DNA of 53,474 nt, counting the filler, from Sphacelaria rigidula (lineage: Eukaryota): NCBI GenBank assembly GCA_964200075.2. It is 5 parts of 5 records of this genome, joined end to end, with 100 filler letters (N's around TTAATTAATTAA, not from the genome) between each part and the next. Parts side by side here need not be neighbours in the genome. Positions count along the whole stretch, not along the records: positions 10,717 to 21,331 come from CAXNAA020006191.1; positions 21,432 to 32,046 come from CAXNAA020006192.1; 3 more parts are not named here. One strand, 5' to 3'. Position numbers and translations under genes: made by a program. Under the pieces are notes generated by a model. The model was not told where the DNA came from and searched no databases. It saw only the letters and a program-made list of their open reading frames with translations. Positions 11,495 to 24,319 of the stretch are shown piece after piece (positions within the stretch are counted from its first letter, which is position 1; each line of letters begins with the position of its first letter).

Positions 11495-13307
11495 CTGGAG
11501 CATACGGGATGCAGAAAAGTAGCATATTGCCGGAAGGAGGGAGGTGGGGGGGGGGGGGGATGAACGTCTGGGTGAACGAAAAAGCATCTAACGTAGTCCT
11601 TTGACATTTTGACTTATTTAAAAGGGCCACCGGCGAGCAGCATCGGCACTACGCTTCTACACGATGGGACTATAATATGATAAAAGTGTCATACTATCGG
11701 ATATTCGCCTCTTTTTTGTTTTATATATACATGGAGAGATATGACACTTTTAGATATCCACTTGATGATATGAAACTGTCATATATCGCTGCAGAACTGT
11801 CATTGTCTTCGTTATTTCAACCCATTGATTATATTATTGGATAACGACTAACAACGGAAAACGGTTGAACTACGACAAATTACGACAAACGGTACGGTTG
11901 CATGTTTTCAAACATGGCGCGTTTTAGGTGTGCTAAAAGTAGGCAGCACGCAACAGACAGCAGGCTGCAGCCGGCAGCAGGGATAGTAAGCGGCCAGCGA
12001 ACCACGGGCACAACAGCCCAGCGGCAAGGAGAGGGGGTCACGGCTATACTCGTAGGTGTAGCCCACCCTCTTGCGCTGTGCAGAAATTGAATTGCGCTGG
12101 CGACAGAACAATTCAGGACACTACAGCATAGCACAGCAGCACGACATCAAAGACCCGACTGAAGGCGGCTGTGGAATGCGGTAACGCCTTCTGATATCCT
12201 TGGTTTCAAGTTCCAGCGCGTTTGTGCGTGCTTGGTGATTGGTAAATACCCCCCTTCGAAGGTGTACGATAGGCGAGCTCCATTGTAATAGGAACAAACC
12301 TGGTACTTGGTACGTGGTCGAGAGCGGTCCATGGGGCACAATAACAGTACCCGCGGTATTACATGATAAACTACCCACTTGACAAAATAAATACACGCAC
12401 ACGCACACATCATCATCATCATCACCCGCGTGTCCGCCGCTTCACCAGCGCAGGAGCCCAGCAGCATGAATGGGTGCGACTAGCGAGCCATGCATATTCG
12501 AAATTCTCATGAGAATTGTGCATAATTTTGCATCAACGCATCGATCCAGTTATATTCGAGTCACATATCTCTGCTTCGTTACCAAAGTTACGTCATAACT
12601 TACGTCATATGTCCCTGCTCGTTGTCGTAGATGCATCATGCATCAATATTCTGCATTGCCAAATATGCGTCGTACCTCCCTCGTTTGTTCTCATATTTGT
12701 ATCATATCTGAAAAACATTGCGCCATATGACAAAAACACGCTTCGTCACATATCACAGTCTGCAAAAGTTGCCACCGGGTTAAAACCTGATCGGCAAGAG
12801 GAGAAACAGGCGCGGAAGGCTTCTTAGTCAAGCGCTGGCTGTCCAAAGTATTGCGTTTCCCAACACCCATGAATCCAGAAGCGAAGCTGAATCTACATGC
12901 ATGGTCCCGCTGAAAGCGTTCGGTGCCCCTTCCCTTCCTCCCTTGTTGGTATATACATAAATTTGGTCACCAATAGGCCCGGAAAGTGTTTCAACACCGG
13001 AGTATACCACAACGGCACCTATAAATGTGAATGTTTGGCTACGTATCTCCAGCTATATCATCCCCCCCCCCCGCCCTCCTTCGCGCGGGGTTGAGATATA
13101 AGCCGTAGCTTGACTCACTATTGCGGTCGGAACGACCAACCAGAGGCAAAAGTTAACATCAATTTCATATTATGTTCCACTCATCAAAGCAGTAAGCAAC
13201 TATACTGTAAACCCCGAATACCTCGTGTGACTTGAACACCCTTCTCCCAGCCTCGTCACTAAACATCCCTTCCCACTACCACCACTACCCCAACAAATGC
13301 GCGTCAC

Positions 13308-13933
13308 CTGTTTCCGTAGTCGTACGTCCCGGACCACTCCGAAGGACAGCAGCTCACACCACCACTCTCAACCCCCCCTTCACCAACGGCGGATTCGCTG
13401 CTAGCCTCCGCCACTCCTCCGGCATTCTCACCCCTATTTTCACCGAGGCGGCTGTTCTCGCCGCCGTCGACATCCGCCCCCCTCGACACCTTTCTGACAA
13501 CAGCGGGGTCGTGCCTCTTCCGCACACGCCGCGCCGCCGCTGCCACGGCCAAATCGGCATCTTTACCGCCAGCCTCCACCGCTGCCGGCCCTTCCTCTGT
13601 TACCACCTCTACCGGCTGTTGCTGCTGCTGCTGTTGCCGAGACGCATAGCGCAGTCGCATGGCTTCTGACGTCGCAGCCGCCTGCGCTTCGTCGACACCC
13701 AGGCCTTCCCAGCATGTATCTCCAACCTCGTCACCCTCTAGGCCGCCGCCGCGGCCGCAAGACATGCTCTGCTTGGGCGCCGCAGCGGCGGGCATCCGGA
13801 AGCGTTTTTCGTAGGCGACAAACGGCTTGCCCCCCGTGGAGCCGGCCTCGATCTCGTGGTTGCCCGCGGCGACCATCCACGGCAAGCGGCTCGCGACGGG
13901 GTCCAGAATGCGCATAAATGAGTCCCAACGCGG
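13308..13933 (-). CDS. Purple acid phosphatase, exon 4 (contains a large insertion)
   Basis: Seen: PRWDSFMRILDPVASRLPWMVAAGNHEIE...FVAYEKRFRMP (GNHE motif), then a low-complexity insert, then GTYDYGN; phase 0-2. Confidence 0.92.
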
Positions 13934-14360
13934 CTGATTTTATTGTTGTAGTTGTGTGAAGAACAAAGGAGAAGAAAAAGGAGGATTTTAGTGTGGATAC
14001 TAGTCTATAGGAGGGGTAAATCACCGCAAGCGTCTGTCGAGGACTCACCATTTTCCCCCATATGGTCATAAGATTGGCTTTTGTGAGACGCGCGAACGCG
14101 CATATTGAACCGCTGCCTATGCCTCGTGTAGCTGCTTATTCGGACCAAAACTTTCCGCAGTTGGAGTACTACACGTGCAACAATCGTTCACAGAATGAGT
14201 TGACACCCTAGCCACGACTCTTGCGCCCCCTCGTTTGGGCTGTTCAGTGATAACATGCCTAGCTATCCGTCTTGATCGTACACTAGGTTGCTACGATGCC
14301 GTCGTACATTAAGGTGATTAACACAAAACGGCTGCGCAGCGTATTGGGCATATCCTGTAC

Positions 14361-14445
14361 CTGGTCGCAATCCGCGTACGACAAGTCTCCCCCATGCAAC
14401 ACGAGATTTAGCGACTTATCCGCATCGATAGCAGCCAACGTCCTC
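14361..14445 (-). CDS. Purple acid phosphatase, exon 3
   Basis: Seen: RTLAAIDADKSLNLVLHGGDLSYADCDQ, containing the GDLSY motif with the Fe(III)-ligating Tyr; AG/GT boundaries in phase. Confidence 0.93.
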
Positions 14446-15211
14446 CTACGGCAGGTCAGTTGCATTGCAAACACCGTCAAGGGGGGGGGGGGGGAGGAAG
14501 GTGAGGTATGAGGTATGAGGTAGAAGCAACACACGAACACATCCTAAATACGTTGCTCTCGTAAGTCTGATAAAGCACGCCGACATGGCACCTCTTTTCC
14601 ACGGGCGACATCCGATTCTCGCCGGACCGCGCCTATATGTACCCTGCGTGGGTATCGTAAACGCCACGCGCACGTGCCCAGGTAGCTACTGGGCCATCAG
14701 CCGCCACAAACAAAGCGCAAATTTCTACCCCGCTTTTTTTTTCTCCTAAAACGTGGTAAAATCTACTGCAGTCGTCCCGGACTCAATTGCAAGCGGAGCG
14801 AATCCATTACGGATGTGCCTATGACTATGGCGAAAAATTCCAAGATGTACCAGGCTCTCTCCCGTCTCTCCACACAGTTTTCTCGTGGACGCCTCTACGC
14901 AAAGGCCATCACGAATAAAACAACTGCCTTTACTGCTCATCCGTCTTGGCGTTGTGCCCTTCGCGACCGCCATGCAACCATAGTACGTTACTCTACCGCG
15001 CTGTAAAAATGTACGTGAAAAAAAAAGCGCTGAGTGTTACATGTTGCTTGAAAAAACGTTCGAGACAGCAGGGACACCAGGGAAGTTCGCTTCGAAATGC
15101 TGAAGGAGGAAGTCGATATATCTTCTTCACGACCTGCTTCTTGTTGGTGCTTTTTATTTCATGTATCCTGGATGCAAATGCGAGACTTCAGTTATCATCA
15201 CGAGCGCTCAC

Positions 15212-15434
15212 TCGGAGTCCTCTGTTTGGCCCAAGTCTCCGATGATGCCAAATGTCACCGCCTGTTCGCCGCCGACTTGGGGGGGTGTGACGAATGACCT
15301 CACAGAGCTCATACCCAGCGCTCTGTCTCCGCACGAAAAGTAGTACGTCGTGGACGGCAGAAGGTCCACCATGGTCGCCGAGTGCAAAAAGCCGCTGGTA
15401 TAAGGTGTACGCCCGGGGTGATCCGCAGAGTACG
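15212..15434 (-). CDS. Purple acid phosphatase, exon 2
   Basis: Seen: acag|CGTAC...; YTSGFLHSATMVDLLPSTTYYFSCGD...FVTPP...FGIIGDLGQT, containing metal-ligand motif GDLG; donor gtgagc, phase 2. Confidence 0.93.
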
Positions 15435-16534
15435 CTGTGTTGCGTTGTTTTCGTTGTTGTTTGTGTGTTGTGATAGAGCAATTGGTCACACAACCAAGCG
15501 ACGAGGGAGAAACAAGACGCACGGAAGCAAAAACGAGATAGCGTGAGGCATGATTGGACCTGATTTCTGTCCTCGAGCCGTGCCTTTGGGGGCAAGTACA
15601 CGCATGCGTGCGGCTGTACTGCAACATGAACCTGATCGTGCAGAAATAAAAAAATCAGACCTCCACGAAAAACAAGGCGCAGTACCACCGCACCTTGGAC
15701 TGGCTCGATAGAAAGCTGTCACATACTGCCCCCGGTTATGCTGCCATGTGTACAGGCAATGAATGCGTAACTGCAAGTCTCAGCAGCGTCTCATACCGAA
15801 ATGCCCAATTAAACGTCTAGCTGCAGCAACCGTCAAGGACACCCAGAATCGGATGCCGTAGACCACAGGGCATGCTACGGTACCGGTACTGGCAACGATG
15901 GCACAATTGTTGACGGTCGCGACATGAGCTCTGCCCTCTCCAATTTAGGAGCGGCCGCGCAGGAGCTACCGGCACTGCTGCTGGAGTATTCTCGTCCCTG
16001 CACATGGCGACTTTCCATTTTTTCAGGTAGTATTCCGCTACAAACGTCATGGCATGTTCCCTTCCATGCTGTACTGTACATGGGCTGTGGAGAGGGCAGG
16101 AACTGTACCAACTCCGTTTGAGCTGGTGTACGATCAACCCTTAGGCTGGCACCTCGACGATGGAGGCACATTTGCCGTGCCGCAGCCTATGCCAAGACGC
16201 ACCAGTGCATCTACTACTCCAGCTATGCACCAAGGCAGTCGACGATCCAACGGCCGAGGTGAAATCAGCGTCACGAAATAAACCCGCAACTTCATGATTT
16301 CTGCATCAGAATGTTTACCCGATATTCGCCAGGAGAGTCACGACGACCAACAGCCTCGGTCGGAGCGACTAAGCACCGCAACCAACATTCAGCAGGCTTA
16401 CACAACAATGAGCTTCTACCCTACTGTACTATTTACCCGAGCCCCGCCCACCCCCGCCCACCCTTCTCTTTCCTTCCCCCAACATTGTACCGGTGCAGAT
16501 CTCTCTCCTTCCCCCTCTTTAATTCCTTCCTCAC

Positions 16535-16943
16535 ATGTTGTGCTTCCCTCCGAAATAGAGTCCAACTCGTTCACGGACTTGCCCCAGATAACGACAGGTT
16601 GCGGTGTCTCTGGCCAGGTGGCCCACGCGACGGTCATCATCGCGTACTTTTCCAGACCCGACCCCGCAATAGATAGATGAATTTGCTCCGGCTCAGCACC
16701 AACATCCCCCCCTTCCTCGTCTAACTCAGTCTCCTCCGAAGTGTCCACGTGGAGCTGTTGTTGCCCGCTGTTGCGGTTGTTGTCCATGTGACGAACTGCG
16801 CCATGTGATCTAGTTGCGACCTCGGAAGCCTTACAGAACACGCTGGCGTGGCTGTGCTTGAGGCAGAACAAGAACGCAGCGTTTGCGACAAGCGTTGTAG
16901 CCCACGTGGTGAGGACCGTGCGACGCACAGCACCGACCGGCAT
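16535..16943 (-). CDS. Purple acid phosphatase, exon 1 (N-terminal leader and start of the FN3-like domain)
   Basis: Seen: ATG at 16943, a hydrophobic N-terminal stretch, PEQIHLS...MTVAWAT...VIWG (the PAP N-domain PEQVHLS...VSWVT...V.YG pattern), donor T|gtgagg, phase 1. Confidence 0.88.
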
Positions 16944-18306
16944 CTCTTGAGCGCGTGATGAAGTACGTGAGTCTAGTTCTAATCGTCAGTCGTCCCACCG
17001 CCCGAGCGGATGAACTGGTCCTTGCTGTAAGAATGAGAGATTCGCCCCGCTTTTGGCACAAAAGATTGTAGTTGACTAAATCCTACCTTTTGTATCTTGC
17101 CAAGGAAAGAGTGTGCCTTCTCCGATGGCTTCGTTGCTTTGAATTTTAATGACTGATGGTAATGGTTCACCCTCACCTACGTCCCGTTTCCTGCTGTGTG
17201 AACCCCCCGACTACTAGGACCTTGCCCTTCGCTTTATCTGGTGTGCTTGCCGGGGGCAGCCCACGGGACTGTCAGATTCATGCGAGATGACACAATGGTA
17301 TAACAAATACGAGTAAGGCTAACACTGCGCAGCAACGCCATCATTACGGTACTACTGTGGACAGTGTACTGTGGACGGCGGACAGCGGACGGTGCAACTC
17401 TGTTGCGTTGGCTGGTTGCGTGAATCACAACATGATGCTGGCACGGGTGATCTCCGTTCAACAAAGGTGATGGCGGAAATAGAGGAGAAAAGAGATATTG
17501 AAATCTGCGGATTTGCACAACTGTCTAGATTGCAGTGCTGGCCGCCTCTTGCTTGTTCCCTACTGTCCCGCCTCACATACATCCTTGGCAATGTTCCCGC
17601 AGCTTGGCCCGAGGACGCTGCACGCTTGTTGACAGGGGAGGTCGTTGAACTTTGAGAGGCGACAGCTTATACTGCATGAGGGTGGTGTAAGTCGTTCGGG
17701 TCGGGATCATATCTTCACATAACATATGGGAGGCCTAAAGCTGCTGTACTGTGTACAGTACAGTACTGCGCGGGACAGGTGGTGTACTGACTCTCTCGAG
17801 GCGTTGTACCGACTCTCCCTGCCCTCCCTACCCTCCAACTCGAACTGTGTTGTACATGTGATACGACAAATATAGTTGGTGGTATCCGTTGTAGGAACAG
17901 CTACGCGCCACCAACGCCCAGTAAACACCATAGGTGACGGTTCTGCTATGGAGGGCTGAAGTTTAGTGCCGTGTCTCAGCAGATTTTTCAGCCATGCACT
18001 TCGTTTCGTAGTGAAGTTGGTGCACCCACTCTCTCGAACTGGAGTTTACGCAAGGTGGCGTTTACTGTACTGTACAGCGAACACATGCTTTTCGATGACC
18101 TCGGACTCGGAGAGCTGGAGTCTGCGCCCCGTCTACTGACTGTATCTACCCCACGAGTACTGTGCGTGGCAAGGCCGGACGGCAGTCGTGCCTTCGTGCA
18201 AACGAGGAACGTAACCGAGTCAGTTCTGCGAGAGCGACTGTACAGTTCTACAGTATGCTGTTGTACTTGTGTTCAACTAACGTGGGCATGTTGCAATGAG
18301 ATTTTC

Positions 18307-19687
18307 CAAGGTTGTGTTCTGTAGGATACGGTTTTCTGCATATTCGGGGTATTTCGCCGGGTATTTACCGTACCCGACAGTTCTGTAATCTTTGTAATAT
18401 TTTCATAACCTTACCCGATAGATCTGTAATCTCTGTAAGACTCCCGTACCGTTACCGGGGGGTACGGGTACGCTCTCGATGAGATACCTGATCGCGGGTA
18501 CGGTTTTCCGTGCAACCTCCGTACCCTACCCGATAGTTCATGCGAGTTCTGTAAACCTCCCATACCCTTACCCGACAGTTCTGTGAGTTCTGTACAGAAT
18601 GCTTACCCGTACCCGGAGCGCGGGTATGCTCTTGAAGAAATACCCGATTGTCGGTACCGGTTTTCAGTATGTCGCCCCCACCATACCGGACACATTCTGT
18701 ATTTTCTATGAGACTTTAATCCAGTACCGGTACCCGACAGTTCTATGAGCTCTGTAAGCCTCCCATACCCCAACCCGGGGTTCGAGTATACCGTAATAGA
18801 TATACCTGATCGCAGGTATGAGCACAGGTATATACCTTGGGGAGGTACGGATATAGGTTCAATCCAAACATAACCTCATGACCTGAACATGTTCCTCCCA
18901 TCGATCAACCCACCCAACTCCTTCATTCAAAACTGCACACCAACAATAATTCAATGTTGAAAAGCTCTTTAGTTTGAGATCTGATGGGGTACGAGGTACC
19001 GCTAAGTGGACACACGGAACATGAGCAGCACTGCAGACGATCATGATGGATCACCCCCAGACTCGAGCGGTGGCTCGAGCGAGGGCGGTTCATCTGCGCC
19101 ACCAGGGCAGTTCAGAGTTTTCGTGAACTGCCATCTGTATTTCGCCACTGTTTTAGCGACGTAGGTCCCACCACAGGGGTGATGATAATACCAAGGTCGT
19201 GTTCTGTAGGGTACGGTTTTCTGTATACCCAGGGTATTTTGCCGGGTATTTACCGTACCCCACAATTCTGTAGTCTCTGTAAGACCTTCATCCGCGTACC
19301 CAATAGTTCTGTGAGTTCTGTTAGCCTCCCGTACCGTTACCGGGGGGCGCGGGTATGCTCTTGATAAGATACCCGGTTGCGGGTACGGTTTTCTGTGCAA
19401 CTCCATACCCTACCCGACAGTTCCTGTGAGTTCTGTAAGCCACCCATACCCATATCCGATAGTGCTGTGAGTTCTGTACACAAACTTTACCCTAACCCGA
19501 GTGGCGGGTATGCCCTCAAAGAGTTACCCGATTGCCGGTACCAGTTTTCTATAAGCCTCCCATACCGTACCCGACAAGTCCTGTGATTTCTGTAAGCCTT
19601 TCGCGTCGGTACCCGACAGTTCTATAAGTTCTGTAAGGAATCTTATACCCTACAGAATGTACTCGTACCTTACAGAACACAAGCTTG
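18307..19687. mobile_element. Non-autonomous DNA transposon (1381 bp) with TIRs, an 8-bp TSD and subterminal repeats; P-element-like or hAT-like
   Basis: Seen: left end CAAGGTTGTGTTCTGTAGGATACG, right end CGTACCTTACAGAACACAAGCTTG, exact TSD AGATTTTC at 18299-18306 and 19688-19695, and many TACCCGACAGTTCTGT-like motifs. Confidence 0.85.
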
Positions 19688-21143
19688 AGATTTTCGTCCA
19701 AGTATGCGCTGAAGTGATGGTACTCACTGTACATGACTTTTCGCGCCGACAATCCTTCAATCGTTTGACGCCGCTCGTGTGCAGTAGTGTTGTGCAGTCA
19801 GGCCGTGTCTTATCAAATTGTTTTCGACTCGAAAACGTACGGTGGAATCGAATTTGCTTGTACCTTATACACCCACGGCATTCATGTTCTCAACCATTTT
19901 AGAAAATAAATAGTGTGGTCGAATCAGAAACGAGCGAATTCGATTCGACCGCACGTTTCCGACACGAAAACAGTATGATAAGACACGGCCCCAGAAGAGC
20001 GTAGAAGGCACAAAAATGACCTACCCAGGCACATTCGTAGAAATCTCCCTGTCCCCTCGGCATCGTCCTTGTCTGACTACCAGCACCTCGTCCCCACTTG
20101 GCTGCATGCTCGGTCGCCATCTTCATGGAGAATGAAGTGGCTCCTCCTTTCAACTTGGATTTCCGACAATATTTCAGTCGTCAAGTAGCAGCCAGCCCTT
20201 CGATTCGCCACTTGTAGGTTGCCCCCCCTCGCAAGTCGAAAATCTGGGCGAAGAACGCTTCTCGTGTCTCCAAACCCCCAAGGCATGTGTGTGTGGACAC
20301 CAACGATAATCTCATCTAGCCCTGTACGTTCCAAATTAGCTTATCCTCCACTTACCGCGCCTCACAGTACTGTAAATGGTTCTCTTCCGTGCGTACATAG
20401 CCCCGACCGGCCCCCCTCCTCGTCTATGTTTCCATTCATTGTATTTCATACACTCACTTCATTTGTCAGATTAATTATGAGCATCTCTGTCTCGAAGTCC
20501 TCCCACCCTATATGATTATATCGACCTATCCCCCCCCCCCCACACCGTCCCCCCGCCCCCCCCTTGTATAAGGTAGGCGTTGTTGTTATTCAGTAGCCGG
20601 GAATTACTGGCTTTTGCGCACGCTGTAACCTGTGTGTGAGGCATCTTCCAAAATTTCTGTGTCCAGGCTACCTACCGTTTCACTTATTATGGCACATATC
20701 CTGACCAAGAATGCCCAACGTGCACCCCTGGCGCTCAGGTTTCCTTGTCTGTGGGGTGCCTCCCTGTTTCCAACTACATGGTGTACATTTATTTACCGCC
20801 AGTTGCCCAGGAATCGAAAAATTGTTGACCCTAAAGCTATATCTTGTGGGGATGTGGATTATTGCTGAAAATATCCTTTTGGTTCGCAAACGATGTAAAA
20901 AGTTATCACCCGTCACCGCCGGTAGTAATCCGTCGGCCCCGGTCCACGCCGTCTCCTGAGAGCTCCAGTGATCGCGGTGGTACGTTGTGCCAGAGTGTTG
21001 ACTCCAATCACCCAGTATGTTTGGAGAGTTGTGAAGCCGTGTCTTATCGAGACTACAAAAAAAAGAAAGGTGAAAGGGAACAAGCGTTCAAAAGCAGCAT
21101 ATCCATTGGTCGCCGCAACCATAGACCCGTCCGACGATCAATG

Positions 21144-21331
21144 AACCCTTTTAGGACTGAAGCTCACTAACACCACGTTCACGACGTGTTAGTAAAGTAA
21201 TCATAAACAAGTCTTGGAGCGACCTGTCCAATCAGGGTGAGGCGAAATTTATCGATCACATCAGAACGACCAGTGGGGTGGGGGGGTGTTGCCGGGAGTG
21301 ATGCCACTGCAAAGATGGTGTACCCCGTCCC
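21144..21331 (+). repeat. Dispersed repeat family D, copy 1 (copy 2 at about 30886-31063)
   Basis: Seen: shared CACTAACAC, GGAGCGACCTG..CAATCA, GAGGCGAAAWTTATCGA, AACGACCAG and TGTTGCCG in the same order and spacing. Confidence 0.7.
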
Positions 21332-21431
21332 NNNNNNNNNNNNNNNNNNNNNNNNNNNNNNNNNNNNNNNNNNNNTTAATTAATTAANNNNNNNNNNNNN
21401 NNNNNNNNNNNNNNNNNNNNNNNNNNNNNNN
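21332..21431. other. Artificial contig linker
   Basis: Seen: N44-TTAATTAATTAA-N44. Confidence 0.97.
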
Positions 21432-24319
21432 TTCACCCCCAAAGACGTGCTTGGTATTGTTGGAGAACGCTAGGAAGTATAGATATTTGAGGCACCTTTC
21501 TTGTAGGATCCACGAAGAAGCACCACGTCTTGGACGAATGGATCAAAATAGGGACCCCACAACAAGGTGCTGGTTTTTGTTCATTGGTTTGGAAAGTTTC
21601 CAAAGCGGCGACCAATTACTACCGGTTACTCCGGAGAGCTTTGCATCAAACAAGTATTTTGGTGTCCTCAGGTTTTCCTATTTCGCAACCGTCCGTGGGA
21701 TATTTGTACATGTATCATTCATATTTTTCATCACTTTTGTCGCGTTTTTCTCTGGCGGCAAGGCATTTTTTCCCACGCTTTCTTCTGCAGCGCACTAAGA
21801 AGGCTCAGCGGTACATTACCGTTCAGGTTTGGGTGTCATCTGATACCTGTGGCGCGTGTTCTGGCCACCGAAAGTCGCTCAAACTGGCCCTTTTCCGCGA
21901 GGTGTGGAACCCGAACCGCACAAGCCTCTTTAAGATCATGGAAAACTTCAAACCGGATTACTTTCGGCGGGGTATTTTATCCCCGTGTTTCTCTTTGTCG
22001 CGTTCTCGTTCATGTGGGGGCATGAACACACCGTTTATGCCGTCAATGTCCCGAGAACATGAGAGCAAAGCAGTTGAAAACAACGGAACATTGCCGAAGC
22101 CTTAGTCAGCAGCAAACACAAGACCGTGCAGTGAGCCTTTGGCGAGTTGAACAAGGCACAGCAGCACGGCAACACAAGAATGCTCTGCGGCAAAAAATAA
22201 TCGCCCAGTTTCAAACAAATGTCAGGTGATGCCGAAGCCACAGTGATGTACAAAGAACATGCCAAGAATGTTCCGCGCATTCCAATTTTTCGGGAAGTGT
22301 CTCCCGCTGTCATGTCTCTGTGGCAGGACAGCTACTTCGCAATCTGGCACCTCGGAAATACGAAACATGTCCTACGTCGGCGGTTCCGCCGTCGGCCTTC
22401 GTCCGAATTCCCATGTTTCCGAACGACATCCGATAACACNNNNNNNNCATGCGATGTTTTGTACAGCCACGATCAATAATGTACACTGGGATACAACTGC
22501 CTCTCTTAACCATATATTTCCGACTTGCGTCGCCCCCGGGAGGCCCGTGCCAACCTCCCGAAGGGCCCGAAGGGAAAGCTTGTACTATACACCACATATA
22601 TGGAGTTGAATCCATGAAATTTGGCTATTCCAGCATGATAAATATTTGTGCCAGATGATTGAATACACCTCAAAAACATCTCATGTTTCAAACGTGAGCT
22701 GTGGAAGTGGGACTTCGTTGTCACATCAATGTTTGTTGAGGCACATGCTTGTGATACCTCACCGTTAAGTTGGTGATCTTTCAAGCATGGATTGGGGTAG
22801 CTGGGTTCGCGAGGCCGCTACTGTTCTCACAGGATTAGGTACTGGCAGAAGGTCCTATTTATTGATGGCGAAGCTCACTCGCACCGTCCAGTAAAATACA
22901 CACGACGTCTTCCACAGGCGCTTATTTGGGCAACACAGAACAGAACACCCAGTCTCTTCTTGAGACATAGAGCTCAAAATGGGTAGGTAGAGAGAGTGTC
23001 AGATGTCGGGGGGGTGAACACAAGCTTTGAACTCCCTGAGAAAAGCAAAAGTTTCGTAGGTAGATAGAAAGCTGTACGTTCGATCTTTCATAACTTGAGA
23101 CCTTTACCTCCGACCAAATTGTATCTTAACCCGGAGACTGCAAACCCCCCTCAGGTAGACTGAGATGGACCATGCCATATTTGGGGTTTAGAACAGCTCT
23201 GTTCTCGCCACACGAAACACTTTTTCTCGTGAACATGTCGATGTTGGGCATCTATCTGTAAAGAAAATAGTCCCAGGGAACCCCTGACCGGTTCTGACCC
23301 TGCAGTGAAGTGCGTGCAGAGTAAGTATGTGTGCTGGATGTCTTCGCTGGAGACAACGGCGAGAAACAGTCAGCGTGCCATCGCTCTCCACTGCACACAC
23401 TCTACTCCATGCAGCTATTGTCTCCCCTTAGTGCTCAGCAACAACCCCACAGACAGTGTGAAGCTATGCTGGCAACGCATGAGGGGTCATGCAGGCGGCA
23501 AAGACCACGAGCAGAGAACAGGGCACGCTGTTTGTGCCCGTGTTATATGGTTGGATCTGATGATAATGAGAAATACGGCTAGCCCACGAGGTAGTCCCTC
23601 TGTAGGGGAACGCGTGACACGGGTGGACATTTTGCTCTCGCCGTAAGGCTGCACATCGTAGAGGTTATGTACAGGGTCGCCACAGGGGGTTCTGGTCCTT
23701 GAGAAGGTGGCTTGAGGATCTTTCCCTGCGGAAGATGTTCCGAGAGCGAAGCAAAGCGTTCACCTGTAGACCATCCTGACCAATCACAGCTCTCATAATG
23801 GTCACTCCACTCCTCTCGGACCTCATTTCTGGCGTAGAATGTTCCATGGGAAAATTCCAAACGCACATGGTTGACTTGGTGAGCTTTTCGGCTGTTTTGC
23901 GAACAAGTCCCGACCCCCTATCAGAAACCACCCCCACCCCCTGCCCCCTGGAAACTCCGGATATTCCTGGACTGTCCCCCGGTGAAACTGTACCGAGGTG
24001 ACGCTCGTGGTCCATGGACTAATTTACTGCTGATATACACATCTACTTCGCCTTCAGCTAAACAGCTGATCCAAACGGTAATATCGAACCGTCACAAGTT
24101 GTATAGTCATCATATTATCGTTGACATTCAGACATTGCATCTTGCCCCCCTTGAGTTGCATACTTCAGCAAACATATACTTCCTGCAAAGTAGCAAATTA
24201 TAGGAAGATTCACGAACTCTGAGCTTGTGGCTTCATCTACCGTCCATCTTCTTTGGCTTAGCTCCTCTCAACCAAAAGCGAATAACAAAAACACCTGCAA
24301 TTTTCCAAATCCTGTCGAT

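Noticed and set aside
21530-22105. TnpB/Fanzor nuclease remnant
   Set aside because: There is only one CxxC, with no RuvC motifs or second Cys pair.
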